NCBI GenBank assembly: GCA_964461715.1
Contig: CAYWVR010000006.1
Span: 55,923 to 119,922, forward strand
Direction of reading: 5' to 3'
Source of the DNA: an uncultured Anaerolineales bacterium
GTDB lineage: Bacteria > Planctomycetota > Phycisphaerae > FEN-1346
DNA length: 64,000 bases
Part shown: positions 54,541 to 62,729 of the stretch, piece by piece
Position numbering within the stretch: the stretch's first letter is position 1
Layout of the letters: each line of letters begins with the position of its first letter
Notes under the pieces: generated by a model
Database searches by the model: none
Told to the model about the DNA's origin: nothing
The model's input: the letters and a program-made list of their open reading frames with translations, nothing else
Translations under genes and position numbers: made by a program

Positions 54541-55287
54541 ATGATTGCCCTCGTAAGCGACATCCACTCGAACCTCGAGGCCCTCGATGCGGTCTGCGCC
54601 GACATCGCCCGGAAGGGGTGCGAGCGGATCCTATGTCTAGGCGACGTCATCGGTTACGGTCCGGACCCGAAGGCCTGCCTCGACCGCGTGATGGAGTTCG
54701 AGTTCACCATCATGGGCAACCACGACCACGCCGTCTTCATGGAGCCGGCGGGGTTCAACACGGCGGCGGAGCGGGCGGCGTTCTGGACGCGGGGGGCCTT
54801 GGAGAGCGAGCCGGACGAGGCCCTGAGGCGGCGTCGGTGGGAGTTTCTGGCCTCCATGGAGACGCTTCGCGAGTCGGGCAGCAGCCTCTTTGTCCACGGC
54901 TCGCCGCGCCTCCCCATGCACGAGTACCTCTTCCCGGACGAGGCGGAGATGAACCTCTCGAAGCTGATGAGCGTCTTCGACGAGGTGGAGGGGGTCTGTT
55001 TCGTCGGCCACACCCATCTGCCGGGCGTTTTCACGAAGAATTATGAGTTCCTGACGCCCACGCAGATCGGCCATCTTTACAGTGCTACGAGCGGCAAATC
55101 GGTCGTGAACGTGGGCAGCGTAGGCCAGCCCCGCGACCTTGATCCGCGGGCCTGCTATGCCACCTTCGACGGGCGGGAGGTCCGGTGGCACCGGGTCCCG
55201 TACGACCACAAGGCGACGATGGAAAAGATTCTGGCCACCGACGCGCTGGACGAGTGGCTGGCGAACCGATTGGCCGAGGGCCGCTAA
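54541..55287 (+). CDS. Metallophosphoesterase family protein
   Basis: The calcineurin-like motifs are present: SDIHSN, LGDVIGYG, GNHDH, HGSP, GHTHLP. Confidence 0.85.
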   Translation: MIALVSDIHSNLEALDAVCADIARKGCERILCLGDVIGYGPDPKACLDRVMEFEFTIMGNHDHAVFMEPAGFNTAAERAAFWTRGALESEPDEALRRRRWEFLASMETLRESGSSLFVHGSPRLPMHEYLFPDEAEMNLSKLMSVFDEVEGVCFVGHTHLPGVFTKNYEFLTPTQIGHLYSATSGKSVVNVGSVGQPRDLDPRACYATFDGREVRWHRVPYDHKATMEKILATDALDEWLANRLAEGR

Positions 55288-55335
55288 GGTCCGGCCAGAT
55301 AAGCGCTTAGGCGACGCCTCCGGCAAGGATTCCCC

Positions 55336-57585
55336 TTGGATCGCGACAGCATCACCCGTATCGTCCTGGCGGCGGCGATCATTCTGGGCCTGTTCTACGG
55401 GTACTCGTACCTGAAACGGGAGATGGCCCCGGAGACGCCCCCGGAGGCCCCTCCGGCCGAGGCCACGCCCGCGGAGACGCCCCCCGCCGAGGCCCCGCCT
55501 GCGGAGACGCCCCCCGCCGAGGCCCCGCCCGCGGAGACGCCCCCCGCCGAGGCCCCCCCTGCCGAGGCTCCCCCCGAAACGCCACCCGCGGGGCCGGAAA
55601 TCGCGATTTCGGCCCCTAAGCTGGTGGCGAAGGGCCTTTCCGGAGAGGCGGCCGAGGCGGCCGAGCCGGTCGTCCTCGGGTCGGCGAAGGCCGAGAGCCC
55701 GTACGCCCTGGAGGCCGAGATCGTCCCCGCCGGTGGGGGCGTGGGGCGGCTGGCATTGGCTCGCAGCACCGGTTTCTTCGAGACCGTCGCCGACCGGTAT
55801 CTGGAGGACCCGAACGCCCGGGCCGCGATGGCCCTGGTGGGCGACGACGCCCCGTATGCGGCCCTGACGATCCCGGAGCTCAGGGTTGGCTTGGCCGGGA
55901 GCGACGCCACCTCAACGGTGGACCTCTCCGGCGCCCTCTGGCGGCTGGAGCGTCGTGGGACGACGGAGGTCGCGGCCGAGGTGGACGTGGCCACGGACGA
56001 TGGAAAGCCCGTTCTGACGGTCCGGAAGGTGTATACGCTGTTTCCGTGGGCGGCCGACGGGGAGGCTGAGTTGCCGCCCTACAGCCTGGGCCTTCGGCTG
56101 GAGATCGTGCCCTCCAAGGCCGAGAACGCCGCCCGTCCGAGGAGGGTCCAGGTCGTTCTGGGCACGGCCCCGCCCCTGCCGCGCGAGGGCGTGCGGCAGG
56201 ATTTCCGGCAGGCCGTGGCGGGGACGTGGACGCGGGGCAAGTTCGAGGTCGAGCGGTTCGGCGGCAAGGAGTTCAAGGCCGAGGAAGGGGCCCCCGAGGG
56301 GGCGGAGATGACGCGGGCGGCCAAGGGCGAGGAGGTGGCCTGGGCCGGGACGGTGGACAAGTACTTCGCGGTGGTCGTGGTGCCGGCGGAGCGGGCCGAG
56401 GACGGCTCCTGGGCCGCGCCGGAGCGGTCTCCCGCGGTGGGCGCCCGGGCCTTCCAGGTGCCCGGGACGGCCGAATCCGGCCGCGAGGACCCCCAGGCGG
56501 GCATTCGGCTGATCCTGGCGGAGCAGGCCGTCGGCACGGAGGCGGTCGTCCAGCCGCTGCTGGTCTTCGCGGGGCCGAAGGACCCGGAGATGCTCGAGAC
56601 GGGCCTCTACGGGGCCCTGAACTTCGAGACGCTCATTGTCTGGACGCGGTGCTGCTTCGCCTTCCCGGGCCTGGAATCGATCTCCAAGGCCATGACGCTC
56701 ATTCTGAACGCCCTGTACACTGTGGTCCGCAACTACGGCATCGCCATCATCATCCTGGTCATCCTGCTGCGGGCGGCGCTCCATCCGGTGACACGGTGGA
56801 GCACGAAGTCGATGTCGAAGATGCAGCGTCTCGGGCCGAAGATGAAGCAGCTCCGGGAGCAGTTCGGCGACGACAAGCAGCGCCTGAACCAGGAGATGAT
56901 GAAGCTGTATAAGGAAGAGGGCATCAACCCCGTCGGGAGCTGCCTTCCCATGTTCATCCAGATGCCCATCTGGATCGGCCTCTATGGGGCCCTGATGGCC
57001 AGTTTGCAGCTCCGGCACGCGGCGTTCATCCCGTCCGAATGGGTGCCCGCGGGGTCGATCTTTCTCCAGGACCTGGCCCAGCCGGACTCGCTGGTACACT
57101 GGGTGGAGCCCTTCTTCCTGCCGGGGCGGGACATCCTCGTCATGGGGTGGGTCATCAACGCCATCCAGGGCATGCTGGGGCCGGACGGCATCACCAGCTT
57201 CAACATTCTCCCGTTCTTCATGGCCGGGTCGATGTTCCTCCAGCAGCGTCTGACGCCGCAGACGGCCACGGGCCCCCAAGCCGAGCAGCAGAAGAAGATG
57301 ATGGGCTTCATGATGATTTTCATGCTCGTCATCCTCTACAACGCGCCGGCGGGCCTCACGCTCTACATCTTTGTCTCGAGCCTCATCGGCTTCGGCGAGC
57401 AGCGGTACCTGAAGCAACGGTACGCCGAGGCGGCCGGCCCCGGCGGGATCGGAGACGAGCCGCCCGCCCTGCCCAGGAAGAAGACGGGCCCGGCCTACGT
57501 CAGCGGCAAGCCCCGGAGCCTGACCGAGCGGATTCGCCAGCGGATCGCCCCCGAGACGGGCAAGTCCGGCAAGAAACGTAAGTAA
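55336..57585 (+). CDS. yidC: Membrane protein insertase YidC (long form with Pro/Ala/Glu-rich insert)
   Basis: The core is GIAIIILVILLRAALHPVTRWSTKSMSKMQRLGPKMKQLREQFGDDKQRLNQEMMKLYKEEGINPVGSCLPMFIQMPIWIGLY. A TTG start at 55336 is needed to retain the N-terminal TM (IVLAAAIILGLFYGY). Confidence 0.9.
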   Translation: MDRDSITRIVLAAAIILGLFYGYSYLKREMAPETPPEAPPAEATPAETPPAEAPPAETPPAEAPPAETPPAEAPPAEAPPETPPAGPEIAISAPKLVAKGLSGEAAEAAEPVVLGSAKAESPYALEAEIVPAGGGVGRLALARSTGFFETVADRYLEDPNARAAMALVGDDAPYAALTIPELRVGLAGSDATSTVDLSGALWRLERRGTTEVAAEVDVATDDGKPVLTVRKVYTLFPWAADGEAELPPYSLGLRLEIVPSKAENAARPRRVQVVLGTAPPLPREGVRQDFRQAVAGTWTRGKFEVERFGGKEFKAEEGAPEGAEMTRAAKGEEVAWAGTVDKYFAVVVVPAERAEDGSWAAPERSPAVGARAFQVPGTAESGREDPQAGIRLILAEQAVGTEAVVQPLLVFAGPKDPEMLETGLYGALNFETLIVWTRCCFAFPGLESISKAMTLILNALYTVVRNYGIAIIILVILLRAALHPVTRWSTKSMSKMQRLGPKMKQLREQFGDDKQRLNQEMMKLYKEEGINPVGSCLPMFIQMPIWIGLYGALMASLQLRHAAFIPSEWVPAGSIFLQDLAQPDSLVHWVEPFFLPGRDILVMGWVINAIQGMLGPDGITSFNILPFFMAGSMFLQQRLTPQTATGPQAEQQKKMMGFMMIFMLVILYNAPAGLTLYIFVSSLIGFGEQRYLKQRYAEAAGPGGIGDEPPALPRKKTGPAYVSGKPRSLTERIRQRIAPETGKSGKKRK
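55471..55560 (+). repeat. 3 x 30-bp tandem direct repeat inside yidC
   Basis: Units GCGGAGACGCCCCCCGCCGAGGCCCCGCC(T/C) lie at 55471-55500 and 55501-55530, with a slightly divergent third unit at 55531-55560. They encode (AETPPAEAPP)n. Degenerate copies flank the array. Confidence 0.85.
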
Positions 57586-57640
57586 CGCTCCGGCCGCGTC
57601 TTGCGCGCCCCGCGCCGGCCGCGGCGGGGGGACGCCCGCC

Positions 57641-59119
57641 ATGGTCCTCGACGATACGATCGTCGCCGTCAGCTCCCCCGCCGGACCCGGCCGCCGCGCC
57701 GTCGTCCGGCTCTCCGGCCCGCAGGCCCTCGCCATCGTCGGCCGCGTCTTCTCGCCCCGGGAGGCCGCGTCCCTGGCCGCTTGGCCCACGTTCACGGCCC
57801 GCCCGGGCCGCGTCCGTCTCGAGGTCGAGGGGGTGGGACCGATGGACCTTCCCGCCACGGCCTACCTGATGCGGGGCCCGCGGTCCTACACGCGACAGAC
57901 GGTCGTCGAGCTACACGTGGGGGCGTGGCCGGCGGTCCTGGGGCCGCTCCTGGAGCGTCTGGCGGCCCTGGGGGCCCGGCCGGCGGGGCCGGGGGAGTTT
58001 ACGTACCGGGCCCTGGCGTCGGGGCGGCTGGACTTGGCCCGGGCCGAGGCCGTCATGGCCGTCATCGCGGCCTCCAGCGAGGCCCAGCTCCGGGCCGCGG
58101 GCGACCTCCTGCGGGGCCATCTCTCGCGGGACCTGGAAGGCCGGACGGACCGTCTGGTGGACCTCCTGGCCGACGTCGAGGCGGACCTCGACTTCACCGA
58201 CCCGCTGGCCCCGCCGCCCGACCCGGCGCTGCTGGCGGGGCGGATCGAGGCCCTGCGGGCCGACTTGGCGGCCCTGGGACGCCACAGCCGGAGCCTGGAG
58301 ACCCTCTCGGGCGAGGCTCGGCTCGTCCTCGCGGGGCGATCCAATGCGGGCAAGTCGAGCCTCTTCAACCGGCTCCTGGAGGCCGACCGGGCCCTCGTCT
58401 CCCCCGCCGCCGGGACGACCCGCGACGAGCTGCGCGCGGCCGTGCACCTGGGGGACGTGACGGTCGTCCTGTCGGATACGGCGGGGCTGGAGGGGCGGGC
58501 CCTTGTCGACGGGGAGCGTGGGGCGAACGGATTGGCGGAGGGGGCGGGGAAGGGGAAAGGCGCCTTTTCCGAACGGCCGGCAAAGGAGCCCGTTGCCGCG
58601 CGCGCCCGGGCCAAGGCCCTCGACGCCCTCGCGGGAGCCGACTTGGTGCTGGTTTGCCTCGACGCGACGGTCCCCTGCCACGATCCCGCCGCCGAGCTTC
58701 TGGCCCTCGTCACGACCCCGCTCGTGGCGGCCGTCACCAAGTGCGACCTCGCCCCCCCCGACCGGGCCGCGGTCTGGCTTCGCGAGCGCGGCATCGAGGA
58801 CGCGGCGGTCGTGCCCACCAGCGCCGTCACGGGCGCCGGCCTGGATTGCCTGCGGCGGGCCCTTCGGGAGGCGGTCGTCGGCGGACGCGTCGATCGCGAG
58901 GCCGCGAGGCCGGTGATGACGGCGCGGCACCGGTCGGCGCTGGCCGAGGCGGCGGGGGCGCTGGGGCGCGCCGCGCGGACGGCCCGGGCGGGGTTGGGAG
59001 AGGAGTTGGTGGCCGTGGAGCTCCGGGAGGCCCTCGACGCCCTCGGCTCGATCCTCGGGAGGCGGGCGCCGGAGGCCGTGCTGGCCTCGATCTTCGCCCG
59101 GTTCTGCGTGGGCAAATAG
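57641..59119 (+). CDS. mnmE: tRNA modification GTPase MnmE (TrmE)
   Basis: The N-terminus is DTIVAVSSPAGPGRRAVVRLSG. The G-domain motifs are GRSNAGKSSLFNRL, DTAGL and TKCDL. The C-terminus is FCVGK. It sits in the conserved position after yidC. Confidence 0.9.
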   Translation: MVLDDTIVAVSSPAGPGRRAVVRLSGPQALAIVGRVFSPREAASLAAWPTFTARPGRVRLEVEGVGPMDLPATAYLMRGPRSYTRQTVVELHVGAWPAVLGPLLERLAALGARPAGPGEFTYRALASGRLDLARAEAVMAVIAASSEAQLRAAGDLLRGHLSRDLEGRTDRLVDLLADVEADLDFTDPLAPPPDPALLAGRIEALRADLAALGRHSRSLETLSGEARLVLAGRSNAGKSSLFNRLLEADRALVSPAAGTTRDELRAAVHLGDVTVVLSDTAGLEGRALVDGERGANGLAEGAGKGKGAFSERPAKEPVAARARAKALDALAGADLVLVCLDATVPCHDPAAELLALVTTPLVAAVTKCDLAPPDRAAVWLRERGIEDAAVVPTSAVTGAGLDCLRRALREAVVGGRVDREAARPVMTARHRSALAEAAGALGRAARTARAGLGEELVAVELREALDALGSILGRRAPEAVLASIFARFCVGK

Positions 59120-59216
59120 GGTTTCGGCCGAGGTACGCGGCGGAGTTCGGCACCGGCCGCCGGAGAATAACACGCGGGGGCGCAAGAACTTAGCCTCGCC
59201 GGTTTCGACATTTTCC

Positions 59217-59246
59217 TTGACGATGATTCGCCGCGAGCGTTTTAAT
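59217..59246 (+). promoter_or_regulatory. Sigma70-like promoter (TTGACG-N18-TTTAAT) upstream of the pilM-like gene
   Basis: TTGACG lies at 59217-59222 and TTTAAT at 59241-59246, about 140 nt upstream of the ATG at 59390. Confidence 0.35.
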
Positions 59247-59389
59247 GGGCCCGGGAAGAGGCGCGCGACCAGCCCACCCGGGTTCGACGCCCGGCCGGGC
59301 CTCCACGGAGGCCGCACCACCCCGCCAGGCCGGGGGCCGGCCCACGCGACGTATTCCCCGGGGGCGCGAGGGTTTAGCGAGGAACGGTT

Positions 59390-61486
59390 ATGCCAAGTGC
59401 CAAGACCGTCTGGGGCATCGACGTCGGACAGTGTGCCCTGAAGGCCCTGAAGCTCCGGTATCGCGACAACCACGTCCAGGCTGTCAGCTTCGATGTCATC
59501 GAGCACGCCAAGATCCTCTCCCAGCCCGACGCCGACGAGCAGCAGCTCATCCGCAGCGCCCTCTCGAAGTTCCTCAGCCGCAACAACATCCGCGGCTCGA
59601 CCCTCGTTGTCAGCGTGCCGGGGCAGGCCAGTTTCACCCGCTTCATCAAGCTGCCCCCCGTCGAGCAGAAGAAGATCCCCGAGATCGTCCGCTACGAGGC
59701 CCGCCAGCAGATTCCGTTCAACCTCGAGGACGTTATCTGGGACTACCAGCAGATCAGCCCGCCCTCGGCCGGTCCCCGCGAGGTCGAGGTGGGCATCTTC
59801 GCCATGAAGCGGGACATCGTGGCCGATTACGTCTCGGACTTCCTGGCAATGAAGCTCGAGCCGGACATCGTCCAGATGGCCCCCGTGGCCCTCTATAACT
59901 TCCTCCGTTTCGACAAGCGCGACGGCGGCGGGGCCAGCATCCTCATCGACGTCGGCGCCGAGAACACCAACCTCGTCATCGCCGACGGCGAACGAGTCTG
60001 GATCCGGCCCGTGCCGATTGGCGGCAACAACTTCACCCAGGCCCTCTGCAAGGCCTTCAAGCTGCCCTTCTCGAAGGCTGAGAACCTGAAGCGCCACGCC
60101 GCCGAGTCCAAGCACGCCCGCAAGGTCTTCCAGGCCATGCGCCCCGTCTACGGCGAGCTCCTGACCGAGGTCCAGCGGTCCATCGGCTACTATACCAGCC
60201 TCCACCGCGACAGCCGCATCGAGCGGGTCGTGGCCCTCGGCAACGCCTTCCGGCTGGCCAATCTGCGGAAGTTCCTCTCGCAGAACCTCGGTGTCGAGGT
60301 CGAGAAGGTCGAGAAACTGGCCGGCATCGACGACGACGAGGCCCTGAAGGCCCCCCTCTTTCGCGAGAATGTCCTGTCGTTCGGCGTGGCCTACGGCCTG
60401 GCCATCCAGGGTCTGGGGCTGGCTTCCATCGGAACCAGCCTCCTGCCCCCCCAAATCCTCAACCAGAAGGTCCTTCGCCGCAAACGCCCCTTCTTCGTGG
60501 CGGCGGCGGCGTGCCTCCTGGGCGGCGTGTTCGCCTTCGGCTACGACGCCATCAAACGTTCCGGCGAGATCGAAGCCCGCGCCGGCGCCGTCGACCGCGC
60601 CGCCGAGGCCGTCAGCACCCGGGCCCAGACCAACGCCCGCAAGCAGGAGGCCTTCGAGGAGAAACGCGAGGCCCTCCTCAAAGAGAACAACAAGCTCGCG
60701 GGCCTGCGAGAGCTGGTGGCCAGCGACAGCTACGCCTACGAGCTCCTGCGGCACATCTGGACCACCGCGCCCTACGATCCCCGTTTCACGGCCGACCGCG
60801 GGCCCGACGCCCCGTCCGTGGCCCGATCCAGCTTCGAGCAACTCGAGCTGCTGAATGTCTCGGCCCACTACGTCGAGGACGTCCGCGACTTCAGCATCCA
60901 GGTCGGTCGCGTCGGCGGCGCCGGCGCCGCCATGAACATCCGCGTCCTCGAACCCGGGGCCGAGCCGCCCGTCGGGCCCGGGAGCGGGCCGGCCATGCTC
61001 GGAGGCCCTCGCGAAGCCGAACCCGAGGAAGAAGTGCCCGAGCTCGCCGGGCCCGTGCCCGGCGTCCGCATCCAGATCGTCGGCATCACCCCCCAGCCCT
61101 GGGCCACGGCCGGGAGCTTCGTCAACCATCGCTTCCTCGAACCGCTCCGAAACGACGACCGGACGGTCACCTTGATGACCCCCAACGGACCGGAGGTGCT
61201 CGCCGGGGTGCTCCTGACCGATCGCTATCGCAACAGTCCCCAGTATGACGTCCTCGAGGGCCGCGAGGCCAAGACCGCCGCAGCCGCGGCCATGCCGGGG
61301 ATGCCCGGCGCGACCCCCGAGACCGAGCCCCGCTTCGAGAAGGGCGACGACTACTGGTTCACCGCCCAGTGGGTGGTCCATCTGCCCGAGACGATCGGGG
61401 AGGCCGAGGCCAACCGGGCCGCCGAGGGCGATGTCGCCGAGGGCGAGGACGAAGGCGGCCCCGAGGCCCAGACCGATCAGCCCTAG
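59390..61486 (+). CDS. PilM-like actin-fold ATPase fused to a PilN-like TM segment and a ~300-aa extracytoplasmic extension
   Basis: The first ~350 aa match PilM (VWGIDVGQCALKALKL ... VPGQASFTRFIKLPPV ... IPEIVRYEARQQIPF ... LIDVGAENTNLVI ... IGGNNFTQAL). Then SLLPPQILNQKVLRRKRPFFVAAAACLLGGVFAFGY is a PilN-type LLP motif with a TM. A coiled coil and an acidic tail follow. Confidence 0.75.
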   Translation: MPSAKTVWGIDVGQCALKALKLRYRDNHVQAVSFDVIEHAKILSQPDADEQQLIRSALSKFLSRNNIRGSTLVVSVPGQASFTRFIKLPPVEQKKIPEIVRYEARQQIPFNLEDVIWDYQQISPPSAGPREVEVGIFAMKRDIVADYVSDFLAMKLEPDIVQMAPVALYNFLRFDKRDGGGASILIDVGAENTNLVIADGERVWIRPVPIGGNNFTQALCKAFKLPFSKAENLKRHAAESKHARKVFQAMRPVYGELLTEVQRSIGYYTSLHRDSRIERVVALGNAFRLANLRKFLSQNLGVEVEKVEKLAGIDDDEALKAPLFRENVLSFGVAYGLAIQGLGLASIGTSLLPPQILNQKVLRRKRPFFVAAAACLLGGVFAFGYDAIKRSGEIEARAGAVDRAAEAVSTRAQTNARKQEAFEEKREALLKENNKLAGLRELVASDSYAYELLRHIWTTAPYDPRFTADRGPDAPSVARSSFEQLELLNVSAHYVEDVRDFSIQVGRVGGAGAAMNIRVLEPGAEPPVGPGSGPAMLGGPREAEPEEEVPELAGPVPGVRIQIVGITPQPWATAGSFVNHRFLEPLRNDDRTVTLMTPNGPEVLAGVLLTDRYRNSPQYDVLEGREAKTAAAAAMPGMPGATPETEPRFEKGDDYWFTAQWVVHLPETIGEAEANRAAEGDVAEGEDEGGPEAQTDQP

Positions 61487-61528
61487 CCGTTCCCCGGGAC
61501 GACCGGACCGCCGGGAAGGAGAAGGACC

Positions 61529-62668
61529 ATGGAATTCGTCAAGCGGCACGCGTTCCTGCTGGGGCTGGCCGCCGGCGTCGTCATCATCGGCGCCGGTTTC
61601 GCCTTGTTCGTTCACCTTGGATACCGCGTGCCGAACCGCCGGCTCGAGCGAAAGCTCGCCGAAGCCCTCCGCGAGGCCAAGATGCTCCGCGAGGGCAAGC
61701 TCTACAACGACGAGCTCGTCGAGAAGCTCGACGGACGCGTCCAGCAGACCCGGGACGTCTATCGCCGCCTACTCGCCGAAATCCGCCGCATGGGCGCCGC
61801 CCGCGAGCCCCTTCTCAAGGGCGTCTTCCCCTACACGGCCAACACCGACCTCCTCCACGGCTTCAAGGCCCGCTACGACGAGAAGCTCGCGGAGTTCATG
61901 GAGACCCTCGGGGCCGTCAATCCCCGGCCGTCCCAGGACATGACCCCCGAGCAGATGGAGGAGCTGGACGCCCGGATCGAGAAGGCCGCGATGTTCGCCA
62001 ACCTCCGCTACAGCTTCTGGAGGCCGGATTGGGTGGGCCAGCCCCAGGCCCCGACCCTGGCCCAGGTCCGCGACGGGCAGGAGGACATCTGGCTGATGTC
62101 CGACTTGGTGCGCATCATCGCCGGCCTGAACCGTGAAGCCGCCGGCCGGGACGGCGCCCCGACGGTCGAGGAGGCCGCCGTCAAGGAGCTCGTCGAAATC
62201 CGCATCGGCGCCGACAAGGCCGCCATCGAGGGCCTCGGCATGACCACCGGCAGAGGCCGGTACCTTGGCGTCACGGGCCGCCGGGCCGGGACGGCCGCCG
62301 AGGAGCGGGCCCCGACCCTCACGGGACGGGCGTCCGACCCCGGCTTCTATCTCGTCCTGCCCTGGCGTCTGATCGTCGTGGCCGACTCGAACCTCGCGGG
62401 CGAGTTGGTCCGACGCCTCAAGGGCACCGAGAGCTTTCTGAACGTCGGCGCCTGGCGCCTGCGGCCTGTCACGAAGCCGTCGATGGATGACTATCGCGAC
62501 CTCATCGCCGGCAAGCGCGAGCGCTACGGCCGCGAGGGCGTCGTCCGCCTCGAAATCGTCGGCGAGTCCCTCGTCTTCCAGCTTCAGGACGGTCGCGTGA
62601 CCACCCGGGAGGGCATCGCCGTCGAGACCGCCCCCGCCGTCGAGGGCGCCTTCGAAGAGGACATCTGA
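61529..62668 (+). CDS. Bitopic membrane protein of unknown function (in the PilO-like position)
   Basis: A GGGAAGGAGAAGG ribosome-binding site is present. The N-terminal TM is FLLGLAAGVVIIGAGFALFV. A helical region and then a mixed alpha/beta region follow, with balanced composition. No family is recognised. Confidence 0.6.
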   Translation: MEFVKRHAFLLGLAAGVVIIGAGFALFVHLGYRVPNRRLERKLAEALREAKMLREGKLYNDELVEKLDGRVQQTRDVYRRLLAEIRRMGAAREPLLKGVFPYTANTDLLHGFKARYDEKLAEFMETLGAVNPRPSQDMTPEQMEELDARIEKAAMFANLRYSFWRPDWVGQPQAPTLAQVRDGQEDIWLMSDLVRIIAGLNREAAGRDGAPTVEEAAVKELVEIRIGADKAAIEGLGMTTGRGRYLGVTGRRAGTAAEERAPTLTGRASDPGFYLVLPWRLIVVADSNLAGELVRRLKGTESFLNVGAWRLRPVTKPSMDDYRDLIAGKRERYGREGVVRLEIVGESLVFQLQDGRVTTREGIAVETAPAVEGAFEEDI

Positions 62669-62729
62669 ACCGAGTGGACCCGCCCGGCCCCGCGCGGCCG
62701 CGGCGGATGGTGGGGCCGAGGAGTCACCC

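Noticed and set aside
55435-55590. Repeated 30-bp units that could be mistaken for a CRISPR-like array.
   Set aside because: The units are directly adjacent with no spacers, are in frame inside yidC and encode a Pro/Ala/Glu linker. No cas genes are present in the window.
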